Positions 1 through 13,185 are shown, counted from the whole stretch's first letter. The stretch is 63,328 nt of DNA, filler included, from Pirum gemmata (GCA_002812295.1; 24 parts of 24 records of this genome joined end to end with filler, not necessarily neighbours in it); one strand, 5' to 3'. The notes: generated by a model not told the origin, from the sequence alone. A program made the numbers and translations.

Positions 1-133
1 TAATAATAATAAGTAATAATAATAATAATAATAATAATATAAATAATAAATACTAATAATAAGTAATAATAATAATAAATAACAATAATAATAAATAATA
101 ATAATACATCTATAATATAATAACGATAAATAG

Positions 134-2052
134 GAATCGAGTCTAGTTCAGTTCGCTTTCCAATCTGTTCACGAATTGGTGATGGAGAGTACTGAACTAT
201 TTTTTGAATCTGCAATTGTTGATTGTATTACTTGTTTAGTAGAATTTGCTTCTTGTTGTACAATACCACAGTTGAGTATGGAGGTAAATAGTCTTAGTTC
301 ACGTACTCTTTAAATTAGGAGTTAGGACTTAGTGGTTAGAGGTTAAAGGTTAAAGGTTAGAGGTTAGAGGTTAGAGGTTAGAGGTTAGAGGTTAAAGGTT
401 AAAGGTTAAAGGTTAAAGGTTAAAGGTTAAAGGTTAAAGGTTAAAGGTTAAAGGTTATTACTACTACTCTAACTTCTAACCTGTAACCTGTAACCTGTAA
501 CCTCTCTTCTAACCTCTAACCTTTAACCTCTAACCTCTAACTTCAAACCTCTAAAGGTTAGAGGTTAGAGGTTAGAGGTTAGAGGTTAGAGGTTAGAGGT
601 TTGATTTTAGATTTTAGATTTTAGAGGTTAAAATTTAGAGGTTAGAGGTTAGAGGTTAGAGGTTAGAGGTTAGAGGTTTGAGGTTTGAGGTTAGAGGTTA
701 GCGGTTAGTGGTTAGTGGTTAGTGGTTAGTGGTTAGTGGTTAGTGGTTAGTGGTTAGAGGACAGGGTCAGGGTTTGTGTAAGGATTTGTGTAATGGTTAA
801 GGATTTAGTTTAAGGTTAAGGCCATGACAATAATTCTTTATTATTATTATTATTGCTGGGTAGTTTTATAGTTTGCATTACTTATATATATTACTTACAT
901 ACTATATATATATGTATATACTGTGGATGTAAAATATAATAAAGGCTATTGAGTTGATAAAAAAGACTGCTGCACAAGTTGCTGAAAGAGGTTGCCAAGA
1001 TAGGTAATTACGCTAACGGATATCGTGATATGTTATTCCCCTAGCAACCACAAACCACAAACCACAAACCACAAACCACAAACCACAAACCACAAACCAC
1101 AAACCACAAACCACAAACCACAAANNNNNNNNNNNNNNNNNNNNNNNNNNNNNNNNNNNNNNNNNNNNNNNNNNNNNNNNNNNNNNNNNNNNNNNNNNNN
1201 NNNNNNNNNNNNNNNNNNNNNNNNNNNNNNNNNNNNNNNNNNCACAAACCACAAACCACAAACCACAAACCACAAACCACAAACCACAAACCACAAACCA
1301 CAAACCACAAACCACAAACCACAAACCACAAAGCAATAATAACGAACTGCGAATACGAAATACAAGCCATAAATCACAAACCACAAACCATGAATCACAG
1401 ACCACAAACCAAAACCACAAACAACATAAGATAATTCACAAATTACCACCTTAAATTGAAAATACTACTGCGAAATTGACTCTTTCTTTTTTATAGTTTA
1501 TGGGTTCAAGGATGGGTTCCCATATTAATTGGATTGCATCACGTCATGACTCAATGTCCTAGTTTTGAAGTTAGATCAAGGTTTTTTTTTTTAATTTATC
1601 TTTTCTTTTATTATTATTATTATTGTTATTCTTGTTATTTTAGTTTACTATTATTATTGTTATTATTTTTACCTCTTAAATATAACACTTGTACTATTAC
1701 TAGTATTACGACTACTAAATTTACTAAATTCACTGAACCTTTCAACAAACAACAAACAACAAACAACAAACAACAAACAACAAGCAACAAACAAAAAACA
1801 AAAAACAAAAAACAACAAACAAAAAACAACAAACAACAAACAAACAACAAACAACAAACAACAAACAACAAACAACAAACCAACCAACCAACCAAATTTC
1901 TTATTTTTCTTTTTTACCCAAGGGCTATGACTGCTTTGTACGAGATTTTAAAATTGCATGGTTCAAATTTTGATAATGAACATTGGCAAGAGCTTTTTAG
2001 AATCATGTTTAGGATATTTAATGATGAGCGCGTTCCTACCAATAAATTTGAA
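134..2052 (+). CDS. ARFGEF: BIG/Sec7-family large ARF-GEF, internal fragment (C-terminal HDS region); exons 134-283, 945-1003, 1497-1580, 1923-2052
   Basis: Four GT-AG exons splice in consistent phase to ESSLVQFAFQ..DCITCLVEFA..LSME/AIELIKKTAAQV../LWVQGWVPILIGL..EVRSR/AMTALYEILKLHG..HWQELFRIMFRIFND. This parallels recalled BIG1 segments (ESIVELAFQ, KCLSEFA, SMEAIRLI, WVRGWFPILFEL, WWQDLFRIVFRIFD). Confidence 0.9.
325..800. repeat. Intronic heptamer arrays (GGTTAGA/GGTTAAA/GGTTAGT)n with an internal inverted block
   Basis: Seen directly in BIG intron 1; 470-550 is the reverse-complement orientation (AACCTCT). Confidence 0.9.
1046..1425. repeat. Intronic (AAACCAC)n array spanning a gap
   Basis: Seen directly in BIG intron 2. 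Confidence 0.9.
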
Positions 2053-2186
2053 GTAATCCCAGATCCTATCTAATAACCCTAACCCGAACCCTAACTCTAA
2101 CCTAAACCTTAACCCTAACCCTAACCCTAACCCCAACACTAACCCTAACCCCAACACTAACCCTAACCCCAACACTAACCCTAACC

Positions 2187-2286
2187 NNNNNNNNNNNNNN
2201 NNNNNNNNNNNNNNNNNNNNNNNNNNNNNNTTAATTAATTAANNNNNNNNNNNNNNNNNNNNNNNNNNNNNNNNNNNNNNNNNNNN
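2187..2286. other. Artificial scaffold linker N44-TTAATTAATTAA-N44 (first of 23)
   Basis: Identical 100-nt construct with stops in all six frames. Core starts at 2231, 6542, 9469, 11402, 13712, 16002, 18263, 20530, 22787, 25073, 27382, 30918, 33165, 35452, 39081, 41352, 45460, 48646, 50910, 53164, 55472, 57779, 61066. Confidence 0.97.
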
Positions 2287-4230
2287 GGTCTACTAACAGA
2301 CCCCCCCCCTCTCACCGGGTCAACTGAAAACAACACAAGAGTGAATCAGCAGTGAATCAATCTATTTGAAAGTTTTCCAATCAAATAATATTAACATCAG
2401 AACTTTTTTTGAAAAGCAAAATTTGGCAATAATAATCCAGTTTTACAATAGTGTGTGGTAGGTAGTTCTACAAGTCTACTGGTATGGATTATTTTTGGTA
2501 ATCTTTTTTTTTAAAAAAAAAAAGTAAAAAAAACCATTTTGTTGGAAATAGTGTCTCATAAACTGTCTCATACATTTTGAAAGCTATTTTTATTCTTTGG
2601 GTTTGTGGGGCGGCACTGGGGCCAGTCTATTATTTTCAAATAAAAATTATTTGGGGTTGTAACCCGTACTTGTACATCATTCATTACATGTCATCTATAG
2701 AGATATATATAGAAAATTTATGCGACAAAAGTGCTGGACTGCTACACCTGGACAAAAGTGCAAAATTGTGCGAATAGACTATTGGCACTTTTGTATTATT
2801 ATTTATTATAATATTAGTATAATATTATATGAATCATATGAATATAAATAATATGATAGAGCTTGTGACCTTGTGAAGTCCTTGTGACTAGTGAAGTTCG
2901 GGAAAAACCTTCATTTTAACGACATGCCAAACAAGTACAGATATTGGCATTTTGTGAAAAACGACATGCCGTGGTACAGTTCGTTAGTTCGTTCATATAT
3001 ATAGACTATACATAAATAATATTATCTCAACTAGGACAGAGACTACTGCATCAGGAACTTCAAGGCTCAACTGGCAGTGGCAGGAAGGTGGTTATTATTA
3101 TTGTTTTTATATAATATTATATATGTTGTCGGCTAAATAGTATTATCCGAATTACGTTGAGTATTAATTAAGATCGAAACACAAAATCAAGGTTTAAAAG
3201 GTTTATTCGTATTCGTTATTTTAGAACTTATAAAAAANNNNNNNNNNNNNNNNNNNNNNNNNNNNNNNNNNNNNNNNNNNNNNNNNNNNNNNNNNNNNNN
3301 NNNNNNNNNNNNNNNNNNNNNNNNNNNNNNNNNNNNNNNNNNNNNNNNNNNNNNNNNNNNNNNNNNNNNNNNNNNNNNNNNNNNNNGTCGGGCTCGAACT
3401 GGCCGGCTCCGATCATACATATTATCGGGTCTATATCTCGAGTATTTATATAACGAACCGAACTCGGCTCGAGGATACTTCGAGCCGCCGGACGACATAT
3501 AATTATCGATTATGGTTGTGTTTTTTTATATAAATTCATAATAAATCGGGTAATAATATGGTTATAAGAAGATGAGAAAGAGTTACAATATAACTCAACC
3601 GATTTAAAACTTGTGAAACTCCAACTCTTTTGTATTATAATATTATGTATTTCTCGCACATCCCCAACTTCCAGTAGAACAACTAAACCGAATATTCAAT
3701 ATTATACATGATTATGTATAATAGTATAGTTATAATAATACGTAGTTATATGTAGTTTTATTAAACCCTTTTAATTATTGGCCATGCGAACTTGTACTTG
3801 AGTTCTTATTCAGGTTGTTTGTTGTTATTGCTGTTTGTTTTTTACTGTTATTATTATTATTATTATTGTTTTTTGTTATTACTATTATATATATTGTTAA
3901 CGTTAAAACGTTGTTATTACTATTGTTGCTAAGTCATGCATAATATGGTAAACAGAATGAATTTATATTCTTATGGGGTTAATATTGTTTTGTTATTTAA
4001 CTTAATCGAGTAAGCTCTATTATTAATGGTCTTTTGCAATAATTCTCGAGTCCTCAAAAGTGAGAGCTCTAACCTGCACTTTCGAACTACTTCCGAGTGT
4101 TTTGGATTCGAACCAGCTTTAGCAATCGAAGTTTGCTGTCATCGTTGCTGTTATCATTATTATTATTGTTATAATAATATTAATTTTGTTATTATTGCTG
4201 TTATTGCTAATATTGTTATAGACTATTATT

Positions 4231-4288
<58 letters not shown>

Positions 4289-7200
4289 GNAACTATAACT
4301 ATAACTATAACTATAACTATAACTATAACTATAACTATAACTATAACTTTAAATTGGCTCGATATTAAATAGAAAAAAAAATATTATTTTTTACTATATT
4401 ATATATTGCAGCCGCAGGGTGCAGGTGCTAAATATTTTTTTCAAAAAAATAAATATAGATCCGATGCTCGTTCATATTTAAATATTTTATAATAATATTA
4501 TTTTTTTGCAACACATTTTAACGGTGACATTTACAATCCATTTATTTGTACATCGATATCACTTGATAAAACAGTAACTGAGCTATAGAGTGTCTTTATA
4601 CAAAAATTATTTGGTTATGTGAAGTTTTTGACCGGAAAATTATGCGTACCTTGAGCATTAGCAATCATCCATAAAGGACGTCGCCTAATCTTTATGACTC
4701 TTTGTCCAAAACACTTTTGGTCATAATTTTAAAGTTTATCTTAATAATTAATTACTGCCTAAAACAGTTTAAGTCACACTTTCGAACAATGACTTCTATC
4801 GAAGAATAAGTGACGTCCTTAATACCAGTACTAGCGGTCATTATACTGAATCTTAAATCGTTATCATTGTTTTCTTGGATTTCATTAGCACGCCAACCAA
4901 GGCGTGTCTAAATCAACTGCATATTTTTTTGCATTAGCAAATTGCGATGGAAATGATTTGATTGTTACTGTGGTTTTTCTCCCATTAAACAATGATGGTA
5001 GTTGGGATTCGATTGTAAAGCTTCCGGCTGCAGTGCAATATAAAGATATAATATATAGTGCCACATACACTCACTCTAATGAGAAGTAGCACAACAGAGT
5101 ACAACATTGTATATTTATGCATACACTCCACAAGTCTCCACAGTTAATTTGGCTTGGGTTCCAGAGCTGTTCCAGTTCACCAAGAACCCACCAAGAAAAA
5201 TTTTGAAGTTCAGTAGAAGAAAATCCAAGAAGTTCTGAAAGAGACTACAAACTAGAAAAAATATACAGTACAAAATCAAATGTAATACAACATCATTACA
5301 AACTATTACAACCTAAAATTTGAGTCTGTTAAGACTCTGTTTTCAAAAGCCAGTTGAAATTCCAACTGTGTTTTGGGACTTTTTGGTCCAGTCGAGTTTT
5401 GATTCTTTTTTTAAAAAACACTTTTCGCCAGCACTTTATCCTTGTTTTCTTGTGGTTTTCACTTTGAATGATCGACTATGATAGACTGTGATACTAAGTC
5501 TAGTAGTCTAGCTAGCTAGTGTGTTTTAGAACTATTTTTAAACAAATTTTTGCACGTGCGTTTTTTCAACTTTTTTGACAGTATAATATTGAATAAGCTA
5601 GCTTTTAATTAAGTTTGATATTATCGATACTATACTATAGTCTATGATAGCTTTCAATTTTTTTCCTTCATTGTTTTTGTATTTTGTATTCATATTTGTA
5701 TTAATACTTGTTTTTGTATTAAAGTTGTAGTTGTATTAAACTTTTTATTCGGATTAAATTTTAAATTTGTGTTTCTATTTGTATTCTTGTTCTTATTTGT
5801 ATTCTTATTCTTATTAGTTCTTATTCTTAGAATTAATTCCTATTCTTATTTGTATTAAATTTTATTATATTATAATATTAATTATATAATTGTCACTGAA
5901 GGGTATAAAACCAGAATTCCATAATACTAGTACTTGTATACGCATATATAATAATATATAAAAACATAATGGGACCTGAGTCTTTTAATGCTATTGTTCA
6001 TAGATCGTCATAGATATATTATTATGTTCTTGAACAACTGACCGTGGCTCATGGGATTTTTATTATATTTATATAATATATTAATAATGTATAGTGCTTT
6101 TCATTTATTTTGTTACTCTGAATATTTATTTGGTTGTTTACAATATTTAAATTGATACTTTTAAATAAATAAATATAATATAATAAAATATACCAAATTA
6201 AATGAAATGGATTATATTGTATTAATTTGGTACTATTTATTTTATTTTTTATGACGACAGAATAACTGAAAAGCACGTGCACGATGTTATAAAATTATAT
6301 GATATATCATACATTTTTAATCATGTACCACATCCGGATCCCTCACATCCAGGACTTTTCATGGGTGGTCTCATGGTGTCCATTAGCCTATACACTGTAG
6401 TTGACTTAGCTGTAGTTTAGGGCTCATGGTTTATTATTTTTAAAAATTAGGTCAAAAAAAAAAAGAAAAAACAAAAAAAAATAACCGTATTTTGAGANNN
6501 NNNNNNNNNNNNNNNNNNNNNNNNNNNNNNNNNNNNNNNNNTTAATTAATTAANNNNNNNNNNNNNNNNNNNNNNNNNNNNNNNNNNNNNNNNNNNNTAT
6601 GTATATATAAATACCAAATATAGTAACACCTCAACAGATGACAAAACAACTGAAAAGCACTATAACAATAATTCTTTTAATAAAACCCGGGTTTCGAGCC
6701 TCGAACCAGATCAAACGAAACGAGCACATCAACATTTTACAACTACGGGCTAAAGTGGAGGATAATAATCACAGCAAATTATTAATATATGGGTATGTTT
6801 TAATTAAATTGGTAATTTATATTTAAAATAATATTTTATAAAAAAGTTCAAGTATACACTTCAACAGTACCGAACACTAAAGATTGAGGGTTAATTATTA
6901 ATAAATTTTGTATAAAAACCGAGAACCGATTTTTTTCTTTTTTTTTTTTTACAAAACGAGCTTCACATCGAGAATTTTACAATTTCTAATAAGTGTTTTG
7001 TTTAGTTTTGTAAAAAATACACGGGGTACGGGGTACGGGGTACGGGGGTAGAAGGGGTAGTAGAGAGTGGAGGGTAGTGGAGGGTAGTGGAGGGTAGTGG
7101 AGGGTAAGGGGTAGAATGGGGAAATAGAGGGTATTAAGGGTAGTAGGGGGTAGTAAGGGTGGTAGCAAGGGGTGGTAGCAAGGGGGTAGTAAGGGAGTAG

Positions 7201-9009
7201 TAAGGGAGTAGTAAGGGGTAGTAAGGGGTATTATAATTGATTGAAATAAAACCAAGAATCGAACGAGAATTATTATTTTTCTTACAAACGAGCTTCACAT
7301 CGAGAATTTTACAATTATTAAGTAAGGATTCGAGCTTCGAACCGGATCAAACGAAAAAACGAGCTTAAACGACCTCACATTGACATTTTACAATTAAGGT
7401 GTGTGTGGAGTGGAGGGGTAACCCAACCTAACCCTAACCCTAACCCTAACCCTAACCCTAACCCTTAATTATTAATAAAATGGAAATAAAACCAAGAATC
7501 GAACGAAAATTATTATTTTTCTTACAAACGAGCTTCACATCGAGAATTTTACAATTCTTAAGTAAGGTTTCGAGCGAGAAAAAATGAGCTTAAACAAGAA
7601 ACCATTTTTTTTTAGACTTCTTTTCTAAAAACCTTAAATATTAACTGCCAATTTATTTTTAAAAACTAGCTATTGGCTCATAATAGGGTTTTCTCATTTA
7701 GAAGATTTCTCAACATTTGGTGGTACTTTTATTGAAATTGAATCATTTTGAGATTTTGCGCCCATATGGCGGATGTCGCTATTTTTATTCGGCTTGGTGT
7801 GGTAATTTATCTCTTGAAAACACCTCACATTGACATTTTACAATTAAGGTGTGTGTGGAGTGAAGGGGAAACCCAATAATCGAACTAAAGTATAGGGCTA
7901 ACACAGATGACGTCATAATAATATATATTTATTTTCTAACCTTGTTTTAGATAACCCTAACCCTAACCCTAACCCTAACCCCAACCCTAACCCTAACCCT
8001 AACCCTAACCCTACCTATAAAGTAAAAAAAAGCCTCATAGATTCTCATGTATAATATTACCGTTTTTTGGATGCATAAGAGTAATCAATAAATGGCGTCA
8101 TAACTACTCTTATCTTAGCCTTCCAATAATTATTAATTTAAGTTTGAGAGGGGAAATTCTATTTTCTTCAACCTGAATCGTGATGTTGGCAAAAAATAAA
8201 AAAATGATATATATATATATACATATATATTATGACGTCATCCGTGAACAAACAACCAAACAAACAAACAACAAACCACCACAATGATTATTAATTATTA
8301 ATTATATATTAATTATGGGTACAGTTTTATCCAGTACAAAAACTGAAATAAAATGTACCGCATTATTGTTATAGTAAAACAATCTGGCATGTTTTAATTA
8401 ATTTGACAGTTTTATTCAGTACAAAAACTGAAATAAAATGTACCAAATTATTTTTATAGTAAACCACTCTTGACATGTTTTAATTAATTTGACATGTTTT
8501 AATTAATTGATTATTAATTATTAACTTTTATATATTATAAAAGGAAAAACAAGTATAACGTCATCCATGCTATAGCTCTTTACTTTATGGACTGAGTTGA
8601 GTTACTTCATAACAATAATATATCAAAGCCATAGGCACTAAACGTATAGGGCTAGTCAAGGATAACGTCATAATAATATATTATTATTTATACTTTTGTA
8701 GGGGAAGAGGGGGTTTCTCATTTCCTTTGCACATGGAGATACGGGAAAACATAATCGAATCAAACAGCTCGATCGTAATTATTAAATAGTGACAATTTTG
8801 AAATGATNNNNNNAATAATAAAAATAAAACAAATAAAACAAATAAATTAAAAATTATATAAATAAATTAACTAGAATTAAATAACATAAATAAAATTAAA
8901 TAAATTAAATAAAATAAATAAAATAAATAAAATTAAATAAATTAAATAAAATTAAATAAATTAAATAAATTAAATGAATTAAACAAATAATAAATAATAA
9001 AATCAATGC

Positions 9010-9102
9010 CTATAAAAACTGTACAAATTTCAATGCTGATGACGTGTACATCACGCACAGCCCATCGGAAATCAGCCCGGCTATATTCTCGCCATAAGTA
9101 CC
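9010..9102 (-). CDS. Exon of an EBP/EBPL (emopamil-binding, EXPERA-domain) sterol isomerase-like protein
   Basis: After acceptor AACAG it reads YLWREYSRADFRWAVRDVHVISIEICTVFI, matching the recalled family motif LWKEYxKxDxR(W/Y)xxxDxxxVxxExxT. The 3' boundary is uncertain. Confidence 0.75.
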   Translation of the reverse strand, partial: GTYGENIAGLISDGLCVMYTSSALKFVQFL

Positions 9103-10044
9103 CTGTTTTTTAAAAAGGGAAGTATGTTTGAAATAGTACAATCAGAGCTTCAATGAAAATACAGGAAGAGAGGTGCAGAACAATGTTGCCCAAGCTTATT
9201 GGTATTGTTGTTGGAGGGTGGTGGTGGTGGTGGTGGTGTTTTTGGTGGTCGTGGTGGTCGTGTTTTTGGTGGTGGTGGTGGTCGTGGTCGTTGTTGGTGG
9301 TGGTGGTGGGTGGTCGTGGTCGTTGGTGGTGGTGGTGGTGGGTGGTCGTGGTCGTCGTCGGTGGTGGTGGTGGTGGTGGTGAATGGTCGTGGTAGTGGGC
9401 GTTGGTGGTGGGCTACTACTACTANNNNNNNNNNNNNNNNNNNNNNNNNNNNNNNNNNNNNNNNNNNNTTAATTAATTAANNNNNNNNNNNNNNNNNNNN
9501 NNNNNNNNNNNNNNNNNNNNNNNNTTTAGAGTCTAGCTGGACCCTCTAGCTAGCTAGCTAGACTTTTAGACCAGTATAATATTTTCTTTCTCGACTTTGT
9601 TGTCTTGTTGTAGACGGCTCGGGGGGGGGTCTCGGAGTAGGGGTGAGATGACGTCATTTTATTATTACCGAACAGCTTCCGGAACTTTTCCGATTTTATG
9701 GTTTTTAAATGCTATTATTAGTAAGAAACACGAACTAAGGTTGGCTCGATAAGCATCTGTTCGAAAAAACTCTCGGACTAGCTAGTATGATAGCTGGGTC
9801 CAGGACAGGCTTTTTCTTTCTGAGTTTCCATTTCAGTCTAGCTAGGGGAGCGTTCAAATAACACGTCACGTCAAGGGGTAGGTAGGTAGGTGGTATTTGA
9901 CCGGAAATTAACGTCGAGGGGTAGGTAGGTAGGGGTATTTGAAGCTGTATTTGACCTGGANNNNNNNNNNNNNNNNNNNNNNNNNNNNNNNNNNNNNNNN
10001 NNNNNNNNNNNNNNNNNNNNNNNNNNNNNNNNNNNNNNNNNNNN

Positions 10045-10082
<38 letters not shown>

Positions 10083-10504
10083 AAAAACAAAAACAAAAAC
10101 AAAAACAAAAAAAAAACATCGATCTATATGTAATATACTTGTAATATACATAGCAAAAAAATGGTTATTTTCGCTGTCGGTTATTTTCGCTGTCGAGAAT
10201 AACCGAAAATAACCATTTTTTTGTTGCTATATATAGAGTAGATATAGATCTGGTCGTTAGGCTGTTTTTATTAATAATAATAATTTTTTTTATTTATTTA
10301 TGTCCATTATTCTGTCCATTATTTGTATAATAAATAAATAATAAATTCAAGCAGTTAAAGAAAAAAAAAAAAACAAAAAAATTTTTTTTTTTGAACTCGG
10401 AATAAATTACACACTTTTTCATGATTTTTCTAATTATTTCAGTTTTCTCACAGTCACCATTTTTTTAAACTAGACTATCTCTAGCTATCATAGTAGTCTA
10501 GTAG

Positions 10505-10695
10505 CTATCGTGCTTTTCAGTTATTTTGTCGTCATAAAATATACAATAAATAGTACCAAATTAACACAATATAAATCCATTTAATTTAATTTGGTATATT
10601 TTATTATATACTTATTTACTTAAAAGTACCAATTTAAATATTATAAACAACCAAATAAATATTCGGGGTGACAAAATAAATGAAAAGGATAATAG
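10505..10695. mobile_element. MITE family A (about 190 bp, TIR about CTATCGTGCTTTTCA.TTATTTTGTC), representative copy
   Basis: Inverted termini and a shared AT-rich body. Other copies near 6090-6277, 24548-24720, 26637-26824, 36191-36370, 36668-36793, 38330-38522, 39409-39602, 46476-46625. Confidence 0.8.
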
Positions 10696-10782
10696 CTAGC
10701 TATCATAGCTAGCTAGTAGCTACTCTAGTAGCTAGCCAATTTAGCAGCTCTAGCTATCATATCGATAGCTAGCTAGTTGTCT

Positions 10783-11220
10783 GCAGTGATGTCAGGTCCG
10801 ACTTTCCTTCTTGTCCGTGTTCGTTCGGTTCGGCCCTTCGACGGACATGCCCGTTCGGGTCCGAGAGAAAAAAAGTCGGACCCCGAAAAAACTTTGCTTT
10901 CGGACCCCGAAATTTCAAGTGCTCGAACTCAAATTTACATTTTCGAACCTATTTGTTACTAATGCTCGAAAATTAAACTACATATCGAGCTTACAAACTG
11001 TTCGAGCTTAATTTAAGTTTTCGAACCTAATTCTTACTTATGTTCGAACTTTAAATATATATCGAGCTTTCAAACTGCTCGAGTTTAAACTGCTCGAGCT
11101 TAATTTAAGTATTCGAATCAATTTATTACTTATGTTTGAATATATAATATTTACATACGAGCTTTCGAGCGTATTTGAACACAATTCAAGTATTCGAACT
11201 TATTAATTAATTATATTCGA

Positions 11221-11251
<31 letters not shown>

Positions 11252-11357
11252 AATCTACTTTTTTTGGATAGTATAGTTTGCTATGATTTGATGATCTTTA
11301 GTTACTAATTAGGTAAAAGTTAATAAAAAAAACGGTATAATCAGTGATGTCCGGTCC
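10783..11357 (+). mobile_element. Probable hAT-type element ends (CAGTGATGTC..GTCC) with CGGA/TCGA-rich subterminal repeats
   Basis: The motif CAGTGATGTC(A/C)GGTCC occurs at 10783 and 11342; the first is followed by short GC-rich repeats typical of hAT subtermini. No complete TIR pair seen. Confidence 0.4.
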
Positions 11358-12454
11358 NNNNNNNNNNNNNNNNNNNNNNNNNNNNNNNNNNNNNNNNNNN
11401 NTTAATTAATTAANNNNNNNNNNNNNNNNNNNNNNNNNNNNNNNNNNNNNNNNNNNNATGATAATGGTAATGATAATGATATCGATAATGATATCGATAA
11501 TGATAATGATAATGATAATGATAATGATAATGATAAGGATAATGATAAGGATAAGGATAATGATAATGATAATATTAATGATAATATTAATGATAATATT
11601 AATGATAATGATAATGATAATGAGATAATGATAATGACAATGATAATGATAATGATAATGATAATGATAATGATAATGATAATGATAATGATAATGATAA
11701 TGATAATGATAATGGTAATGGTAATGATAATGATAATGGTAATGATAAGATAATGATAATGATAATGATAAAGATAATGATAATAATAATGATAATACTA
11801 TGATAATGATAATGATAATGATAATGATAATGAAAATAATAATGATGATAATAAGAACAGAAAGGGAAAAAAAAAAACTATCATGTGATAGAAAAAAGTC
11901 GCTTTTTTGGTCATATGCCATAAACTAGATTTTATACCAAATAAGGTTTTAGGTCATATTTAGGGCGCTTCGCCAAATCTTCGCGCGGCCCAAAAATATT
12001 TAGTCTACCGGCGAAAATTTTATTAAGGCGAACATGGATAGACACGGAGGGCTAGCCCTCAAAATTGCGAACTTTTACTAATTAATAATTAAGGCGAAGA
12101 GTCGGCAACACTTTTTTGACTTTAGGGCGAGCCCTAAATTGTTCGCCCTAAGGGTGCTCATCCCTCCTAGACGATGGTTTTTTTAGAAATTTTTTATCGA
12201 AAATATTTGGTTTTCTTTTTGAGACCGCTACTAGCTAGCTAGAGACAGCCGGCTAGCTGGCTACTCTAGCTACTCTAGCTAGTTGGCTACTGCTACTACT
12301 AGCTAGTAGCTAGTAACTCCTGAATTTTTTTTTATATAATAAATAGAGTATAAATAGTCTACAAAAACGAAAATGTAAAAATTTTTTAAAAATAATAATT
12401 TTAAAAAATATTTTGCTTTATTTGCTAAATAGAAATACCAATAACAAAAACCAG

Positions 12455-12617
12455 AACTACTAATAATTAAAAATAATAATATAAAAACGAACCTCACTAC
12501 TACACTACTAATAATTAAAAACTAATAATAAAAACGAACCTCACTACTACTAATAATTAAAAACTAATAATAAAAACGAACCTCACTACTAATAATAAAA
12601 ACGAACCTCACTACTAA
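12455..12617. repeat. Minisatellite, 4 copies of core AAAAACGAACCTCACTACT
   Basis: Seen directly, just upstream of the DEP ORF. Confidence 0.85.
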
Positions 12618-12672
12618 TCAATTATCATAAATTTTGTATTTTAAAATAAAACTAAATAAATAAATAATAAAC

Positions 12673-13185
12673 ATGTACAATAGAAATAATAATGATGATA
12701 GCTCTCTTTGTAGTGAAACTTCACTTAGTTCCACAACATCATTTTGTAGTAACATCTCTTGCAACAATAAAAAGCCTATAAGCCATAAGATATCCAACGA
12801 TTCTATTAAACAATACACTAACTCAGAAGTTGAAGAATTAATAAATTGCATTAAGCAAAACATTAAAACTAAAAAAACGAATAAGTTCATCCTCTTCAAA
12901 AACAAAAACGAAGTAGTACAATTTAAAGAAAGTCAATTTATAGATTTTATAACATTTCATTATTTATTAACTCGAGAACAAGCAATGGAAATATGCGTTC
13001 AGTTGTTTCAAAATGGTATGATAAAGTATGTAAACCCTTTGGATATACAAACGAAAAGTGTTCGCAATAATAATTATAAAAACCAACCTCAAAGCAAAAA
13101 AATAGCGGATAAAACAAACAAAAAGATAAAACAAAATGTAAAAAAACACGAAAGTAAAGAACGTTATTTTGCTTTCTGTATATAA
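12673..13185 (+). CDS. 170-aa protein with a DEP-like domain
   Basis: FKESQFIDFI..LTREQAMEICVQLFQNGMIKYV resembles the DEP consensus FxGxxLVDWL..sRxxAxxLgxxLlxxGxIxxV. ATG to stop without obvious introns. Confidence 0.6.
   Translation: MYNRNNNDDSSLCSETSLSSTTSFCSNISCNNKKPISHKISNDSIKQYTNSEVEELINCIKQNIKTKKTNKFILFKNKNEVVQFKESQFIDFITFHYLLTREQAMEICVQLFQNGMIKYVNPLDIQTKSVRNNNYKNQPQSKKIADKTNKKIKQNVKKHESKERYFAFCI

Noticed and set aside
1013..1895. ORFs of WFVVCGL, TTNHKPQ and CCLLFVV repeats
   Set aside because: Translations of intronic microsatellites; the real exons lie between them.
2231..2242. TTAATTAATTAA as a biological motif
   Set aside because: Always centred in exactly 44+44 Ns; an artificial six-frame-stop linker.
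4500..5089. Possible decayed gene around ORFs 4885-5070 and 4904-5089
   Set aside because: Coding-like composition, but stops in all frames and no recognisable motif.
9153..9480. Gly/Trp/Val-rich ORFs
   Set aside because: Translations of a (GGT)n tract.
12455..12617. CRISPR-like repeats
   Set aside because: Spacers are not unique, context is eukaryotic and no cas genes are present; it is a minisatellite.
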